NCBI GenBank assembly: GCA_902632665.1
Contig: CACPDT010000001.1
Span: forward strand, 29,172 to 93,171
Reading direction: 5' to 3'
Origin: an uncultured Pelagibacteraceae bacterium
Lineage (GTDB): Bacteria; Pseudomonadota; Alphaproteobacteria; Pelagibacterales; Pelagibacteraceae
Length of the DNA stretch: 64,000 bases
In this document: in pieces, positions 63,708 to 64,000 of the stretch
How positions within the stretch are numbered: position 1 is the stretch's first letter
Layout of the letters: every line of letters begins with the position of its first letter
Notes under the pieces: model-generated
Told to the model about the DNA's origin: nothing
Seen by the model: the letters and a program-made list of their open reading frames with translations, nothing else
Databases searched by the model: none
Translations under genes and position numbers: made by a program

Positions 63708-63984
63708 CTTAGATGAAATAATTAAAGAAAGATTAGAAAACAGATTAGAATGGAAAAATTATCTAGGATGGTTAATTACTCATAGGCAGCTTCATATGAA
63801 CGCTAAGAAAAAGTTCTACGAGGATAAGCCTTTGTTAAATTTGATCCTAAAATTATATTTTCTTCCATATAATACAATGAAGTATTTTATTCACAGATGT
63901 GATTGTCATAAATTTGAAATGATCGAAACAGAGATAAAAATGCTTAAAAAAGTTAGAGACAGCAAAGATGAGCAATCACAATAA
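63697..63984 (+). CDS. Hypothetical protein
   Basis: 95-aa ORF overlapping the nuclease stop. Confidence 0.6.
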   Translation: MKNNLDEIIKERLENRLEWKNYLGWLITHRQLHMNAKKKFYEDKPLLNLILKLYFLPYNTMKYFIHRCDCHKFEMIETEIKMLKKVRDSKDEQSQ

Positions 63985-64000
63985 AATCAGACCTGTCGAT
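63968..64000 (+). CDS. Possible start of next island gene (truncated by window)
   Basis: ATG 63968 opens MSNHNKIRPVD, overlapping the previous stop in the same operon style. Confidence 0.35.
   Translation, partial: MSNHNKIRPVD

Larger units (their letters stand above)
54696..64000. mobile_element. tRNA-integrated genomic island / phage-satellite-like element (extends past window end)
   Basis: Abrupt end of core genes at the split tRNA; defence cargo, hypothetical ORFs, phage-like RHH and nuclease genes. No integrase inside the window. Confidence 0.8.

Overview
AT-rich, very tightly packed alphaproteobacterial chromosome segment. Gene content and order strongly suggest SAR11 (Candidatus Pelagibacter). 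Bases 1-54.6 kb are core genome: rnhA-thrB-ispH, retinal genes crtIBY-blh, ATP synthase F0, smc, mutY, ccrM, petABC, uvrBC, carAB, dnaG, rpoD, tRNA-Gln and tRNA-Val. At 54656-54695 a tRNA-Ile2(CAT) gene breaks off just after the anticodon loop, and an integrated island starts there and runs past the window end. The island carries a candidate defence locus (two C5-cytosine methyltransferases, an HNH nuclease and a lone Z1 helicase-like protein). It then carries a phage/satellite-like module: a ~290-nt highly structured RNA leader, a ribbon-helix-helix protein and a PD-(D/E)XK nuclease. Core-region oddities are a hinge-less SMC, a trxB with an internal microhomology deletion, a tRNA-Val with a remodelled elbow, a CTG-initiated pgeF, and lost metal ligands in DnaG and UDG. 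All calls come from reading motifs by eye; no searches or folding programs were run.
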